From contig CAWHBU010000001.1 of the NCBI GenBank assembly GCA_963827685.1, positions 128,001 to 192,000 of the forward strand: a stretch of DNA of 64,000 bases, in the 5' to 3' direction. This DNA is from an uncultured delta proteobacterium (GTDB lineage: Bacteria; Desulfobacterota; BSN033; UBA1163). The position numbers and the translations under genes were made by a program. The notes beneath the pieces were generated by a model that did no database searches, was not told where the DNA came from, and was given only the letters and a program-made list of their open reading frames with translations. Positions 1 to 8,810 of this stretch are shown here, in pieces; positions within the stretch are counted from its first letter, which is position 1, and each line of letters opens with the position of its first letter.

Positions 1-8
1 CTGCGATA

Positions 9-851
9 TTATAGGATCTCGATTTGCTCTAAGATTCGTTCTTTTGTTTTAAGCGGGGTATGATTCCGTTTGGCCTTTTCCACAATTTCCTTTCCCAACA
101 AGGCAGCGCCAAGGGCTCCGGTGATCAAAGGCTCTTCGGGTACCAGAATCTCGCGGCCCAATTGTTCGGAAAGAGCTTTAAGCAAACCTCTATTTTTAGC
201 CCCTCCACCTGTTACGACCACCGCCTCCTCCACCTTTAGACGGTTGACCATTCTACATATCCTGTCGGCAAGGGAATGATGAACCCCTGCAAGGAGGTCT
301 GAAATGGGTATACCTTGTGCCAAACTGGCTGCCACCTCTTGCTGGGCCCATATGGTACAGATGTTGCTTATCTGTGCACGATTCTTGCCTTGCAGAGAAA
401 GGTCACCGACTTTATCCAAAGGGACCCCGAGGGTATCGGCAATCACTTCTATGAATCGACCACTACCTGCCGCGCACTTGTCATTCATAACAAAATCAGT
501 CGTCTTGCCCGTAGTGTCTATTTTGATTGCCTTGATATCCTGACCCCCGATATCGATGATAGTCTTGGCATTAGGAAAAAGACTGATGATACCCTTGCCG
601 TGGCAGGTGATTTCCGTAAACTGTCTATCGGCAAAAGGGACATTAATTCTCCCGTAGCCCGTAGAGACAATGTAGGTGATCGCTTGGAAGGAAAGTGCAG
701 CCCGACTGAGCGCCTCTTCCATGACCTTATTGGCTAACCGACGCTGCTCTGGGCCTGTAGACCCAATAATCGAAGCGATGATCCCTTCATTTAGGATCAC
801 CGCCTTTGTCATCGTGGAACCAACGTCAATGCCTGCAAAATATGAGGTCAA
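9..851 (-). CDS. ASKHA ATPase/activator subunit of class I benzoyl-CoA reductase or 2-hydroxyacyl-CoA dehydratase (BzdQ/BcrA/HgdC-like)
   Basis: GIDVGSTMTK, EITCHGKG, DIGGQDIK, MNDKCAAGSG and VTGGGAKN motifs; TTG start after GGAAG. Confidence 0.9.
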   Translation of the reverse strand: MTSYFAGIDVGSTMTKAVILNEGIIASIIGSTGPEQRRLANKVMEEALSRAALSFQAITYIVSTGYGRINVPFADRQFTEITCHGKGIISLFPNAKTIIDIGGQDIKAIKIDTTGKTTDFVMNDKCAAGSGRFIEVIADTLGVPLDKVGDLSLQGKNRAQISNICTIWAQQEVAASLAQGIPISDLLAGVHHSLADRICRMVNRLKVEEAVVVTGGGAKNRGLLKALSEQLGREILVPEEPLITGALGAALLGKEIVEKAKRNHTPLKTKERILEQIEIL

Positions 852-864
852 TGCAATCTTCCAT

Positions 865-937
865 AGGTTGAGGCTTAGGTTAAGGCTAAGGGGAAAAAAT
901 TCATTTTAACCCTCAACCTAAACCTTAACCTCAACCT
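865..937. repeat. Inverted-repeat element with 6-nt periodic arms (AGGYTR)n...(YAACCT)n
   Basis: AGGTTG AGGCTT AGGTTA AGGCTA AGG ... CCTCAACCTAAACCTTAACCTCAACCT; CTTCC at 858-862 and 936-940. Confidence 0.85.
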
Positions 938-946
938 TCCTGACAA

Positions 947-2350
947 TTAGGCCGCCTTATTTAATCGATTGGATTCCAGGGTGGCGATGAAGGCGTCGAT
1001 CTTATTTCTTGTATCCACTTCCGAATACGATGTGATATCGATGATATCACTTTCAAGAATCAGGGAAGGAAGCTCTCTGTAAACCTTTTCCTTCTTTCCG
1101 GCTTTCCCTATCATATAGACTGGGATCGGTTTATATATTTCGGCCAGTTGGTGCAACTGCCAGATCAGGCCTACGTGCCAGGTTCGACACGAAAAGGCTT
1201 CATGCATAACAATTCCATCAATCTTGTACTCTTCGATCCAGTTGATTAAGCGTTCCACATCGGGCTCTGATCCCGGCCTTTTCTTGGCTTTGTCATACCA
1301 GAAGGTCCAATATCCGAGCCATCTCCATGCCAGATGCTCGATGGGATCTTTGGTTTCCGGGATATCCATCTCATTGAGAGGAGCGACCATTCGATAGGTT
1401 GTCTCCACAGGGAACGAGGCCCCCTTGCTGTTAAAGTAATTGAAATCGGTCAAGGCAAACCAGGCAGGTAATCCACCTCCCCACATAAGTCTATATTTTT
1501 CGTTTTCAACCTCTCCCTCACCCTTGGCGATCTTCTCCTCCAATTCTTTTTTCAGGCCCATGAAGAAATCATAAGCCTCCTGGGTGGCCATCATGTAGTT
1601 TAATGGTACCATGGTATTCATTGCATCACCGGTTCCCATGGGACAAGGCACAGCCTTTCGAAGGCTATAGGTTTCATCGATCAGGTTCCAGGTTCGATCG
1701 CTTAAACCAACCAGTTCTCTCAAACGATCGTAATCCATCTTCTTTTTGGTCTGCTCTTCAAGAAAGGCCACCAGTCCGCGCAATTGTTTGACGATATATG
1801 TGTGGTAGTAGCCCCAGACTTCTCTGTGATCCTGATTCCTCTGAAACAGGGGATAGGGAAGGTCTATATTGTAGATCGGGACATCCTGCATAAATTGCTG
1901 GGAGGCCTGATACCATTTCGACCTTGGATCACAGAGGATCTGTCCGCTGGATATCATCATATCAGGCCTTGCCTGTCCGCCCCAGGGGGCATCGGGTGGC
2001 ATTTGGCCCAATTCTTCTCTCCACTGATCAAACCCGATCCCGCAAAGGGCATAGGTGCACAGGGAGCGCGAAAGACCCAATGACTCTGCCCTCTGAAGAA
2101 ATCTTTCCGCATCCCTCTTTGCTCCGCATACACCAGCATATTGCTCTGTCCATATAGGGAGCACATCCATGGCCCGGAAGATCTCTTCATGATGGCAGAC
2201 GATAAAGGTATAGGCTATTTTTTGTTTTCCCTCTGCCCGTGCCTGGAGGGTTCTAGTAATAAATTCCCTTGCAATTCGGCTAATAGATGCAGCCGCCTGG
2301 GTTGCCGTCACCCTCTTTTTCGGTTTTGCCTCTCTTTGTTCCTCAGCCAT
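947..2350 (-). CDS. HGD-D family Fe-S subunit (BzdO/BcrB-like)
   Basis: LSRSLCTY, LCDPRSKWYQ, YKIDGIVMHEAFSCR, LESD...IDAFI motifs of the 2-hydroxyglutaryl-CoA dehydratase D family. Confidence 0.85.
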   Translation of the reverse strand: MAEEQREAKPKKRVTATQAAASISRIAREFITRTLQARAEGKQKIAYTFIVCHHEEIFRAMDVLPIWTEQYAGVCGAKRDAERFLQRAESLGLSRSLCTYALCGIGFDQWREELGQMPPDAPWGGQARPDMMISSGQILCDPRSKWYQASQQFMQDVPIYNIDLPYPLFQRNQDHREVWGYYHTYIVKQLRGLVAFLEEQTKKKMDYDRLRELVGLSDRTWNLIDETYSLRKAVPCPMGTGDAMNTMVPLNYMMATQEAYDFFMGLKKELEEKIAKGEGEVENEKYRLMWGGGLPAWFALTDFNYFNSKGASFPVETTYRMVAPLNEMDIPETKDPIEHLAWRWLGYWTFWYDKAKKRPGSEPDVERLINWIEEYKIDGIVMHEAFSCRTWHVGLIWQLHQLAEIYKPIPVYMIGKAGKKEKVYRELPSLILESDIIDITSYSEVDTRNKIDAFIATLESNRLNKAA

Positions 2351-2380
2351 ACTCTAAACCCTCCTTGTTCAGAATCCATG

Positions 2381-3541
2381 CTAGCTGATCATCTCCAGAA
2401 AGGCCTGGATTCTGGTTCTGAGCTGACCAATTGTACCCGCAGAATAAATATCCTCCAGATGAAGAAGTGGAACATTAATAGACTTGTAGTAGGCTTTTCT
2501 TGCAGGGACTTCAAAGCCAAAGGGATCACAGTATTTGTAGACATAAAGAATGGCGCCATCCACCTTGAATTCCCTGGCATAGGCCCCGATATCACCAAAT
2601 CGAGAGGCGATATCCCCTTCAAAGGTACCCGCCTTGTTTTCCCTGTACGTCTTGGGGCAATTGATTTTATCGAGATACCGATGGGCCAGTGCATTGATTG
2701 GATCTCCTCCTTCATCGGTCCGTGGAAAATAATCCCTCGCTCCGTTGCAGATGGTATCGGCCACCACATTGCCCCCGAGTTCTTCTACGAGCTTGATGAG
2801 TTCAATATTATCGAGACAGGCACCGTCGATAAATATTCGAGGGCCTTCCTTAAGTGGAGATTTCTTTCTTTTCCCAATCTCCGCCAAAACCTGATCAACC
2901 AGAGTATTAGATTCGCCAATGGGTAAACCTGATCCGGCTGTTAACACCATCGTTAATTCTGTTCCAGAGATAAGTGGCGGATCTGCCTTTCTGAATTCAT
3001 AAAGGGCTCTCACCTTATCCCTGTTTTCATTATAGGTTCGAATGGTCTTACCCAGATCACCATCGGTGATTGCCTTTCCAGCAAACTTCTCCAGACTTTT
3101 CCTGAAGGTGTTTAGCTCCGCATGAAAGAATTCAGAGGACGATTCGTCGCAGACAGTAGGAATATTGATAAAGTGAAAATAGGAATAGGGAAGAGAATAA
3201 CTCCAGGCACTATAGCTTCGCACCATGCTATCACAGCCATGGGGAATGACCATACCAGAGAGAAAGTCATATTTTTGTTTCACCGAGAGGTCGAAGCAGC
3301 TACGGTAATAGGGGCATACAATGGTTTCAAGGAGTGTGTCTCCTTTCGTAATGGGCTCATGGATATTTCCTCTCACCCGAAAAGGGATACATCCGGCTGC
3401 TGTGATGATTTCCAAAGGGACAAAGGAACAGATATAGCCGATTATCTTTTTCCCTTTCTTTTTCAGCTCCTTCGCCCTCAGCCCGTAATCCTCATAATAT
3501 TTTTCTACCGTGTTTAAAGTGCTGCTCCGTCTTCCATTCAT
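2381..3541 (-). CDS. HGD-D family Fe-S subunit (BzdN/BcrC-like)
   Basis: IGYICSFVPLEII, VCPYYRS, PHGCDS, VADTICNG, KYCDPFGFE, GQLRTRIQAFLEM. Confidence 0.88.
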   Translation of the reverse strand: MNGRRSSTLNTVEKYYEDYGLRAKELKKKGKKIIGYICSFVPLEIITAAGCIPFRVRGNIHEPITKGDTLLETIVCPYYRSCFDLSVKQKYDFLSGMVIPHGCDSMVRSYSAWSYSLPYSYFHFINIPTVCDESSSEFFHAELNTFRKSLEKFAGKAITDGDLGKTIRTYNENRDKVRALYEFRKADPPLISGTELTMVLTAGSGLPIGESNTLVDQVLAEIGKRKKSPLKEGPRIFIDGACLDNIELIKLVEELGGNVVADTICNGARDYFPRTDEGGDPINALAHRYLDKINCPKTYRENKAGTFEGDIASRFGDIGAYAREFKVDGAILYVYKYCDPFGFEVPARKAYYKSINVPLLHLEDIYSAGTIGQLRTRIQAFLEMIS

Positions 3542-3648
3542 CGACTTTCTCCTTTAAACTCTAACGTCCTTTCTAATGTAATATATACATGATAGAGATT
3601 TATGTTTCAATCTCATTGTCCTTAATTGTAATTCAGATATTTGACCAT

Positions 3649-3787
3649 AGACTTCAGACGTCAGACTGAATTTTTTATCGCAAAACAGCAGTTGCGAGGT
3701 ATAGGCTGTAACTCCTAACGACTTATGACTTGCGCTCTCGCGAAATAGAAAAGCCTGGCGTCTAAAGTCTGAAGTCAGGCGTCTGAA
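3649..3787. repeat. Inverted-repeat element with 7-nt periodic arms (TCAGACN)n...(GTCTGAA)n
   Basis: AGACTTCAGACGTCAGACTGA ... GTCTAAAGTCTGAAGTCAGGCGTCTGAA, just after the stop of the 3795 gene. Confidence 0.75.
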
Positions 3788-3794
3788 TCACAGA

Positions 3795-4571
3795 TTATCC
3801 TAAGCTTTCCATAGCGATAATCGCCGCACCTAACGCAGCCGTCATATGGGGATTTTGTGGTACAAGGATATCATGACCTCTGATTTCCTTTAAAGCCCGC
3901 ACAAGACCTACATCTCTTGCACCGCCACCCACCATGGCCACATCCTGTTCCACACCCATTCTCTCCGCCAAACTGTTGATCTGGGCGGCAAGAGCTCTGT
4001 GTATGCCTGCCAGAAGATCTTCCTTTGTGACTTCTTGAGAGAGTCGGGAGATCGCCTCTGACTCCGAAAAAACTGCACATCCGGTGTTAAACTCCACTCT
4101 CTTTTCAGATTTCAAAGACAACTCACCAATCTCTTCCACCTTGACCTGGAGAACCTTGGCAATGACTTGCAGGATTCTGCCGCTTCCTCCAGCGCATTTG
4201 CCGCTCAATAAAAAATTGGTCACACTTCCATTACCATCGATGCGGAGGACCTTCGTATAAAGATCTCCCACGTCAATGACGGTTTTCACAGAAGGGAGAA
4301 GAGAGGAAACGCCTTTTGCATGGCAGACGATATCCGGCTTGACTTCGTCTGCGAAGGCCACCAGTTTTGATCCATATCCGGTAGCGACAGCCCGGGAGAT
4401 ATCACCTGGTGATCTCCCTGTCTGGGAAAGTAATTCCTCTCTTATCCTCTCGGCCGTAAGCTTGAAATCACCCCCAGAAGGACACTCAAAAGAACCCAAG
4501 GGTCCTTGATTACCGAGGACGATCCCTTTTGATAAGGCTGACCCGATATCAATACCCAATACAAAAACCAT
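3795..4571 (-). CDS. Second, divergent ASKHA ATPase/activator subunit (BzdP/BcrD-like)
   Basis: GIDIGS, ATGYG, CHAKG, KCAGGSG, GCAVFSESE; degenerate DVGDLYTK where the paralog has DIGGQD. Start moved to MVFVLG. Confidence 0.85.
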   Translation of the reverse strand: MVFVLGIDIGSALSKGIVLGNQGPLGSFECPSGGDFKLTAERIREELLSQTGRSPGDISRAVATGYGSKLVAFADEVKPDIVCHAKGVSSLLPSVKTVIDVGDLYTKVLRIDGNGSVTNFLLSGKCAGGSGRILQVIAKVLQVKVEEIGELSLKSEKRVEFNTGCAVFSESEAISRLSQEVTKEDLLAGIHRALAAQINSLAERMGVEQDVAMVGGGARDVGLVRALKEIRGHDILVPQNPHMTAALGAAIIAMESLG

Positions 4572-4668
4572 CTTCCCTCTAACATTCGTTAAATTCGTTA
4601 TTGTTCGCGCCATTCGTTTACATAAATAACACAAATCCCAAACCCCCTCAAACTACCCTCAAAAAATC

Positions 4669-4714
4669 TGTCATTGCAAGGAGTCCCGCATGAACGGGAC
4701 GGCGAATCAATCTC
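4669..4714. repeat. GTCATTGC...CAATCTC type palindromic repeat
   Basis: TGTCATTGCAAGGA-GTCCCG catgaa CGGGAC-GGCGAATCAATCTC; related opposite-orientation copy at 26497-26577. Confidence 0.55.
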
Positions 4715-4845
4715 AGGAAATGAATTGAGGAGGCGACTCAGTCGCGCTGACCTCTTGAATCATTGTTTGACATGTTCTACCAAAAAGTATAAATCTTCAT
4801 ATTAGCCATAACATTTCCGCAGATGGTTGTACTAATACAAACGCA

Positions 4846-5373
4846 TTAAGTAATGTTACATAGCCTACGAATCTTTTGACAAGACCATGAGCGAGTTGTT
4901 TTACAAACGACAGACCAAAGATTATCAAGGTTTTCAAACCAACGGTTGGTGGTGGATTCATAGCGAACACTGCGCCAAATCCGTTCTTGCACGTTTAATC
5001 CCGGTTGATACGGGGGTAAATATTCGATATGGAGCCTCGGATGTTTTTTAAGAAATTGTTCGATGGGATCGCCTCTGTGCCAGCGGGCCCTGTCGACATA
5101 AAGCCAAATGGTATATTCTTTAAACCTTCCATAGAGGTGGCGCAAAAGTTTGAGAAACCCTTCTCTATCCCCCCGTTTTGTCTGAATCATGCCATAGCGT
5201 CCAAGCAAAGGATTGACCCACCCAGAGATATTCAAACGGATACGATGCTGGCTGGTCGTGGGAATCTTAAGACGCTTTCCTTTTTTCGCCCAGCCCCGGC
5301 TAAGCCTGGGGTGCATCGTAAAGCCTGTCTCATCCTGGAATACAATTGTCTCTTTTGGCCCCAGGGACTCAAG
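4846..5373 (-). CDS. IS630 transposase DDE catalytic part (orfB, reached by frameshift)
   Basis: Frame is open upstream of the tracked ATG: LESLGPKETIVFQDETGF..., then YVDRARWH and LPPYQPGLNVQERIW (D,D,E). Confidence 0.88.
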   Translation of the reverse strand, partial: LESLGPKETIVFQDETGFTMHPRLSRGWAKKGKRLKIPTTSQHRIRLNISGWVNPLLGRYGMIQTKRGDREGFLKLLRHLYGRFKEYTIWLYVDRARWHRGDPIEQFLKKHPRLHIEYLPPYQPGLNVQERIWRSVRYESTTNRWFENLDNLWSVVCKTTRSWSCQKIRRLCNIT

Positions 5374-5890
5374 TTTTTTTTAAAGCCCGCTGGAACTTTC
5401 GGGCTTCTTGGCTTTGTGCTTGAAGATAAGAATAACTCGCTCTCTTTAACCGATAACCCAAATGATGCATCCAGCGTTGGGCTTGCCGCACCTTCAGGTT
5501 TATCCCGAAAGACCGTTTCAGATGAATCGCAACCGTTGGCCCATCCCATTGAGTCCGGTTTAAACCAAATTCCCGCGGAGACTTCTCTAAGTGTCCCTCC
5601 AGCACCCTTTGAATCTTTGTCTCTAACCGTGGAGGCCTTCCCGATCTTGGCTTGGATTTTAAGAACTCTAAGCCGTCTTTGTTCACCCCGTGAATCCATC
5701 GGCTTAAACTCATCCGGGTCAACCCTAACACCTCGGTTATCCATCCCGGACGTTGCCCTTCAAGCACCAGGAGTAAGGCGGCTATCTTTATGCCTATCCA
5801 AGCCCCTGATATTTGTTCGGCTAATGCTAATAAACGCTCTTTATTGGCCTCTTTATGCTCTAAGATTAATGTGGGATTTTTCATGCCCAC
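5369..5890 (-). CDS. IS630 transposase N-terminal HTH part (orfA)
   Basis: SRWIHGVNKDGLEFL-KPRSGRPPRL, SPREFG..WDG, WMHHLGY; ends ALKKT at an A8 run. Confidence 0.9.
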   Translation of the reverse strand: MGMKNPTLILEHKEANKERLLALAEQISGAWIGIKIAALLLVLEGQRPGWITEVLGLTRMSLSRWIHGVNKDGLEFLKSKPRSGRPPRLETKIQRVLEGHLEKSPREFGLNRTQWDGPTVAIHLKRSFGINLKVRQAQRWMHHLGYRLKRASYSYLQAQSQEARKFQRALKKT

Positions 5891-5964
5891 ATATTAACAT
5901 AAATAAACTGTTATGTCACTTTATTTAGGACGTTTGTATTAATATAAGAAACAATGTTAAACGC

Positions 5965-6537
5965 ATGGATGTGATTGAGAGATCATCGACATCTTTCCTC
6001 CTTCGGCAAAGTCCTTTTGGACGATTTGCTGTACTTTGGTCACTCCATGGAGGGCAACCTGAGATTTACCGAGTTTTACTTTCGAGGCCTGGCTTGTCGG
6101 CTGAACAAGCAGTCAGGGAAACACTTCCAAGGTTAAAATCATCGACTTGCATTGAAATCAACGAGGTCGCTGACCAGATTGAGTCTTTCCTGCACGGAGA
6201 GGACATCCGCTTTTCTCTGAAAAAGATCCGACTCGATCTTTGCTCGACATTCCAAAGGGAGGCATTACAAGCCGAACATGGAATACCGCGTGGATGGATA
6301 AGTACTTACCAACGAATTGCCGGGTATTTAGGCAGAGCATCAAGTGCCCGTGCAGTTGGTATGGCTTTGGCCCGGAATCCATTTCCCATCATAATCCCAT
6401 GTCACCGGGCCATACGTACTGACGGAACGCTTGGTGGGTATCAAGGCGGACTCGCGATGAAGCGGAAACTACTTGAAATGGAAGGCATCCGCATCGAGGA
6501 TTCCGGATACGTCATTACTCGGAATTACTTCTATTGA
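5965..6537 (+). CDS. ogt: Methylated-DNA-[protein]-cysteine S-methyltransferase
   Basis: ARAVGMALARNPFPIIIPCHRAI and LGGYQGG. Confidence 0.92.
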   Translation: MDVIERSSTSFLLRQSPFGRFAVLWSLHGGQPEIYRVLLSRPGLSAEQAVRETLPRLKSSTCIEINEVADQIESFLHGEDIRFSLKKIRLDLCSTFQREALQAEHGIPRGWISTYQRIAGYLGRASSARAVGMALARNPFPIIIPCHRAIRTDGTLGGYQGGLAMKRKLLEMEGIRIEDSGYVITRNYFY

Positions 6538-6546
6538 AGGATATAG

Positions 6547-6572
6547 GCGTTTAAGAGGCTGCAGCCGGCGGT
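6547..6572 (+). other. Truncated attC-like remnant after ogt
   Basis: GCGTTTAAG matches 8/9 the reverse complement of GTTAAACGC (5956-5964, a GTTRRRY site just before the ogt ATG); followed by AGGCTGCAGCCGGCG, which resembles an attC left arm. Confidence 0.5.
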
Positions 6573-6981
6573 GAGAGATATGGGAGACATTGAGGAGAAG
6601 GCGAAAATGGAGATCATCATAGGAAATCATTTGAAGATGCATCTGCCGTATCATCTCCGTGATCGGGCGTTGCGGTTTTACACTGAGATATTAGGTTGCA
6701 GGAAGCTCACTGTTCTACCCTATCCGAATGTAGACCTTTATGAGTTCCAAGGAGGATTCGTTCTGGGGCTGTTCTTTTGTGATGAGGTGGATACGCTATC
6801 TGAAAAGGAACAATTAAAGGCAACCTGGATGGAGATCAAGGCCGATAACCCGGACGCTCTCAAGCAACGCTTGATTGACTTTGGCGTCAAGGAAGTGGAA
6901 TTTGAAGACAAGTCGCGATTCTATTTTCAGGCCCCGGGAGGCCAGGTGTTCCGTGTGGCTCCAATGGAGGGGGGCCTGTAA
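6571..6981 (+). CDS. VOC/glyoxalase-like protein
   Basis: HLKM..ALRFYTEILG, FYFQAPGGQVFRV; start uncertain (6580 or 6607 also possible). Confidence 0.75.
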   Translation: MRDMGDIEEKAKMEIIIGNHLKMHLPYHLRDRALRFYTEILGCRKLTVLPYPNVDLYEFQGGFVLGLFFCDEVDTLSEKEQLKATWMEIKADNPDALKQRLIDFGVKEVEFEDKSRFYFQAPGGQVFRVAPMEGGL

Positions 6982-7093
6982 GTTCTTACCAATTCGTTGA
7001 ATAAGGATGTTTCTCAGCTAATGGGTCAACACAGTTTTCTTGTCTTATTAGGGCCATCTTCGAAATTCGTTTTGCGAATTGGCGAGGTTTTTG

Positions 7094-7161
7094 GTATAAA
7101 AAAACCGAAGCTGACGGCTAACAGCATCGCTGGCTGCCCACAACTTGGCTCGGCGTAAGGT
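7094..7161 (+). other. Degenerate attC-like site
   Basis: GAAGCTGACGG ... inner hairpin CAGC-ATC-GCTG ... CCCACAACTTGGCTCGGCGTAAGGT, resembling AAGCTGACGG...CCGCAGCTTAGC..GGCGTTAGG; RBS AAAGGAGG and the next start follow directly. Confidence 0.55.
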
Positions 7162-7178
7162 GACAAAGGAGGTCTACT

Positions 7179-7814
7179 TTGGCAAATGTCCATGATAGCT
7201 TAATCATCGCCTTTCCATGCCCACCAGAATCGGGGTGTACCTATTCCTTTACACTTTCCTCTCGCTTGGGGCAAATGCTTGAGATGGCCGAACACAGATT
7301 CGGCCCTCGTGATAGATCATACACGATTCTTGGGTTTGAGTTTCGGGCAGGGTTACCACAGATTTGTTTCCCTGAAAATGGGATGAATGTGATTGTGCAA
7401 CTTGATTCTTCAACCATGAATGATCCGAATCTGCCTTTGTTTCAAATGGCCCACGAATGTGTGCATCTTTTGACCCCTGTATTACCTGCCACTGTAAGTG
7501 TTTTGGAAGAGGGACTCGCAACTTATTTTTCAAAAGAGTATATGACATCGCATGTCGGTGGTGTATGGTTCACTGGTGATCAAAAGTACGGCCATGCCGA
7601 GGTCTTAGCTCGGAAATTGTTGTTGTTGAATGCAGATGCCATTAAAGCTCTCCGTGGACTTGTTCCTGTCATCTCACGCGCCACTGCACAGGATATTCTC
7701 AAAATATGCCCAAACTTGCCATCACATTTATCAGAACAGCTCGTTGTACGCTTTCAATCTTGGGATGGGAACATTAGGTCCGTCGGAGCCAAACCGACCA
7801 AACTCCACTTGTAA
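7179..7814 (+). CDS. Hypothetical protein with HExxH zincin motif
   Basis: FQMAHECVHLL ... VLEEGLATYF; TTG start after AAAGGAGG. Confidence 0.7.
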   Translation: MANVHDSLIIAFPCPPESGCTYSFTLSSRLGQMLEMAEHRFGPRDRSYTILGFEFRAGLPQICFPENGMNVIVQLDSSTMNDPNLPLFQMAHECVHLLTPVLPATVSVLEEGLATYFSKEYMTSHVGGVWFTGDQKYGHAEVLARKLLLLNADAIKALRGLVPVISRATAQDILKICPNLPSHLSEQLVVRFQSWDGNIRSVGAKPTKLHL

Positions 7815-7898
7815 ATCGGTAAAGTTGCTGGTATAGAAAATTGATTACTTATCCTGACTGGGCATAACATTTTTACAAATTGTTGCAGTCACATAGCG

Positions 7899-8714
7899 AT
7901 GCCTTTCGTTGCGGTTCGTGACCTCCAGGTGTATTACGAGATTCGCGGGGCAGGCCCGCGCTTACTCACTATCAGTGGTACAGGCGGTGATTTACGCTCT
8001 TCACCCAATATCTTCGAGATGCCCATTGCCCGGCATTTCGAGATCCTCGCCTATGATCAGCGCGGTCTGGGTCAGACTTCGCGCCCGGATATCCCCTATG
8101 CCATGGCCGACTATGCCGACGATGCCAATGCGTTACTCGACGCCGTGAGGTGGAAGCGCTGCTTGGTGATGGGCATCTCTTTCGGAGGGATGGTCGCGCA
8201 AGAGTCCGCTCTGCGCTATCCGCACCGAGTAGAACGTCTGGTTTTGGCTTGCACCAGCAGTGGCGGTGCAGGCGGAGCTTCGTATCCCTTGCACGAGGTC
8301 GCTGACCTCCCTGTTGAGGACTACGTGCGCCGTGTCCTCCAACTCAGCGACACCCGCTGGGATGCAATCTGGCAGGCAGCCAATCCAGCTCAATTCCAGA
8401 CATTGATTGACCAGATCCTGAAGGGTCTGCAGGTGGGAGCAGACGAACCCGGACGCCATATCGGTTTCCGCCGGCAGTTGGAGGCCCGCGCCCATCACAA
8501 TACATACGAGCGGCTTCCTACCCTGCGGATGCCCGTGTACCTTTGCGGGGGCCAGTACGACGGCATCGCAACGCCCGCCAATCTCGAAGCGATACAGAAA
8601 CAGATTCCGGGGGCACGGTTGGAACTGTTTGAAGGCGGGCACCTATTTTTCATCCAAGACCCCCGAGCATTCGATCGCATTGTGGCGTTTCTCCGAGGGG
8701 ATCTCGACGATTAA
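7899..8714 (+). CDS. Alpha/beta-fold hydrolase
   Basis: YDQRGLGQT, GISFGG nucleophile elbow, GQYD, GGHLFF. Confidence 0.92.
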   Translation: MPFVAVRDLQVYYEIRGAGPRLLTISGTGGDLRSSPNIFEMPIARHFEILAYDQRGLGQTSRPDIPYAMADYADDANALLDAVRWKRCLVMGISFGGMVAQESALRYPHRVERLVLACTSSGGAGGASYPLHEVADLPVEDYVRRVLQLSDTRWDAIWQAANPAQFQTLIDQILKGLQVGADEPGRHIGFRRQLEARAHHNTYERLPTLRMPVYLCGGQYDGIATPANLEAIQKQIPGARLELFEGGHLFFIQDPRAFDRIVAFLRGDLDD

Positions 8715-8810
8715 CCCTGGCAAGGACATGGCGTTATCCAAGGGCCTCGCTTAGCAAGAAGAAAAAAGGTTGCAGTTAAGCCTTCAGAATTCATTTTGTG
8801 AATTTTTCGC

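Larger units (their letters stand above)
4830..5944 (-). mobile_element. IS630-family insertion sequence
   Basis: Imperfect terminal IRs: TACTAATACAAACGCATTAAGTAATGTTACATA versus reverse complement of right end TATTAATACAAACGTCCTAAATAAAGTGACATA; TA at both ends; HTH ORF plus DDE ORF. Confidence 0.92.

Noticed and set aside
5029-5928. 299-aa plus-strand ORF inside the IS630
   Set aside because: Antisense shadow of the transposase with no recognizable motif.
5946-5964. XerD-like AATGTTAAAC as a dif site
   Set aside because: No XerC arm at the 6-bp spacing, and the locus is near the origin; the GTTRRRY cassette reading fits better.
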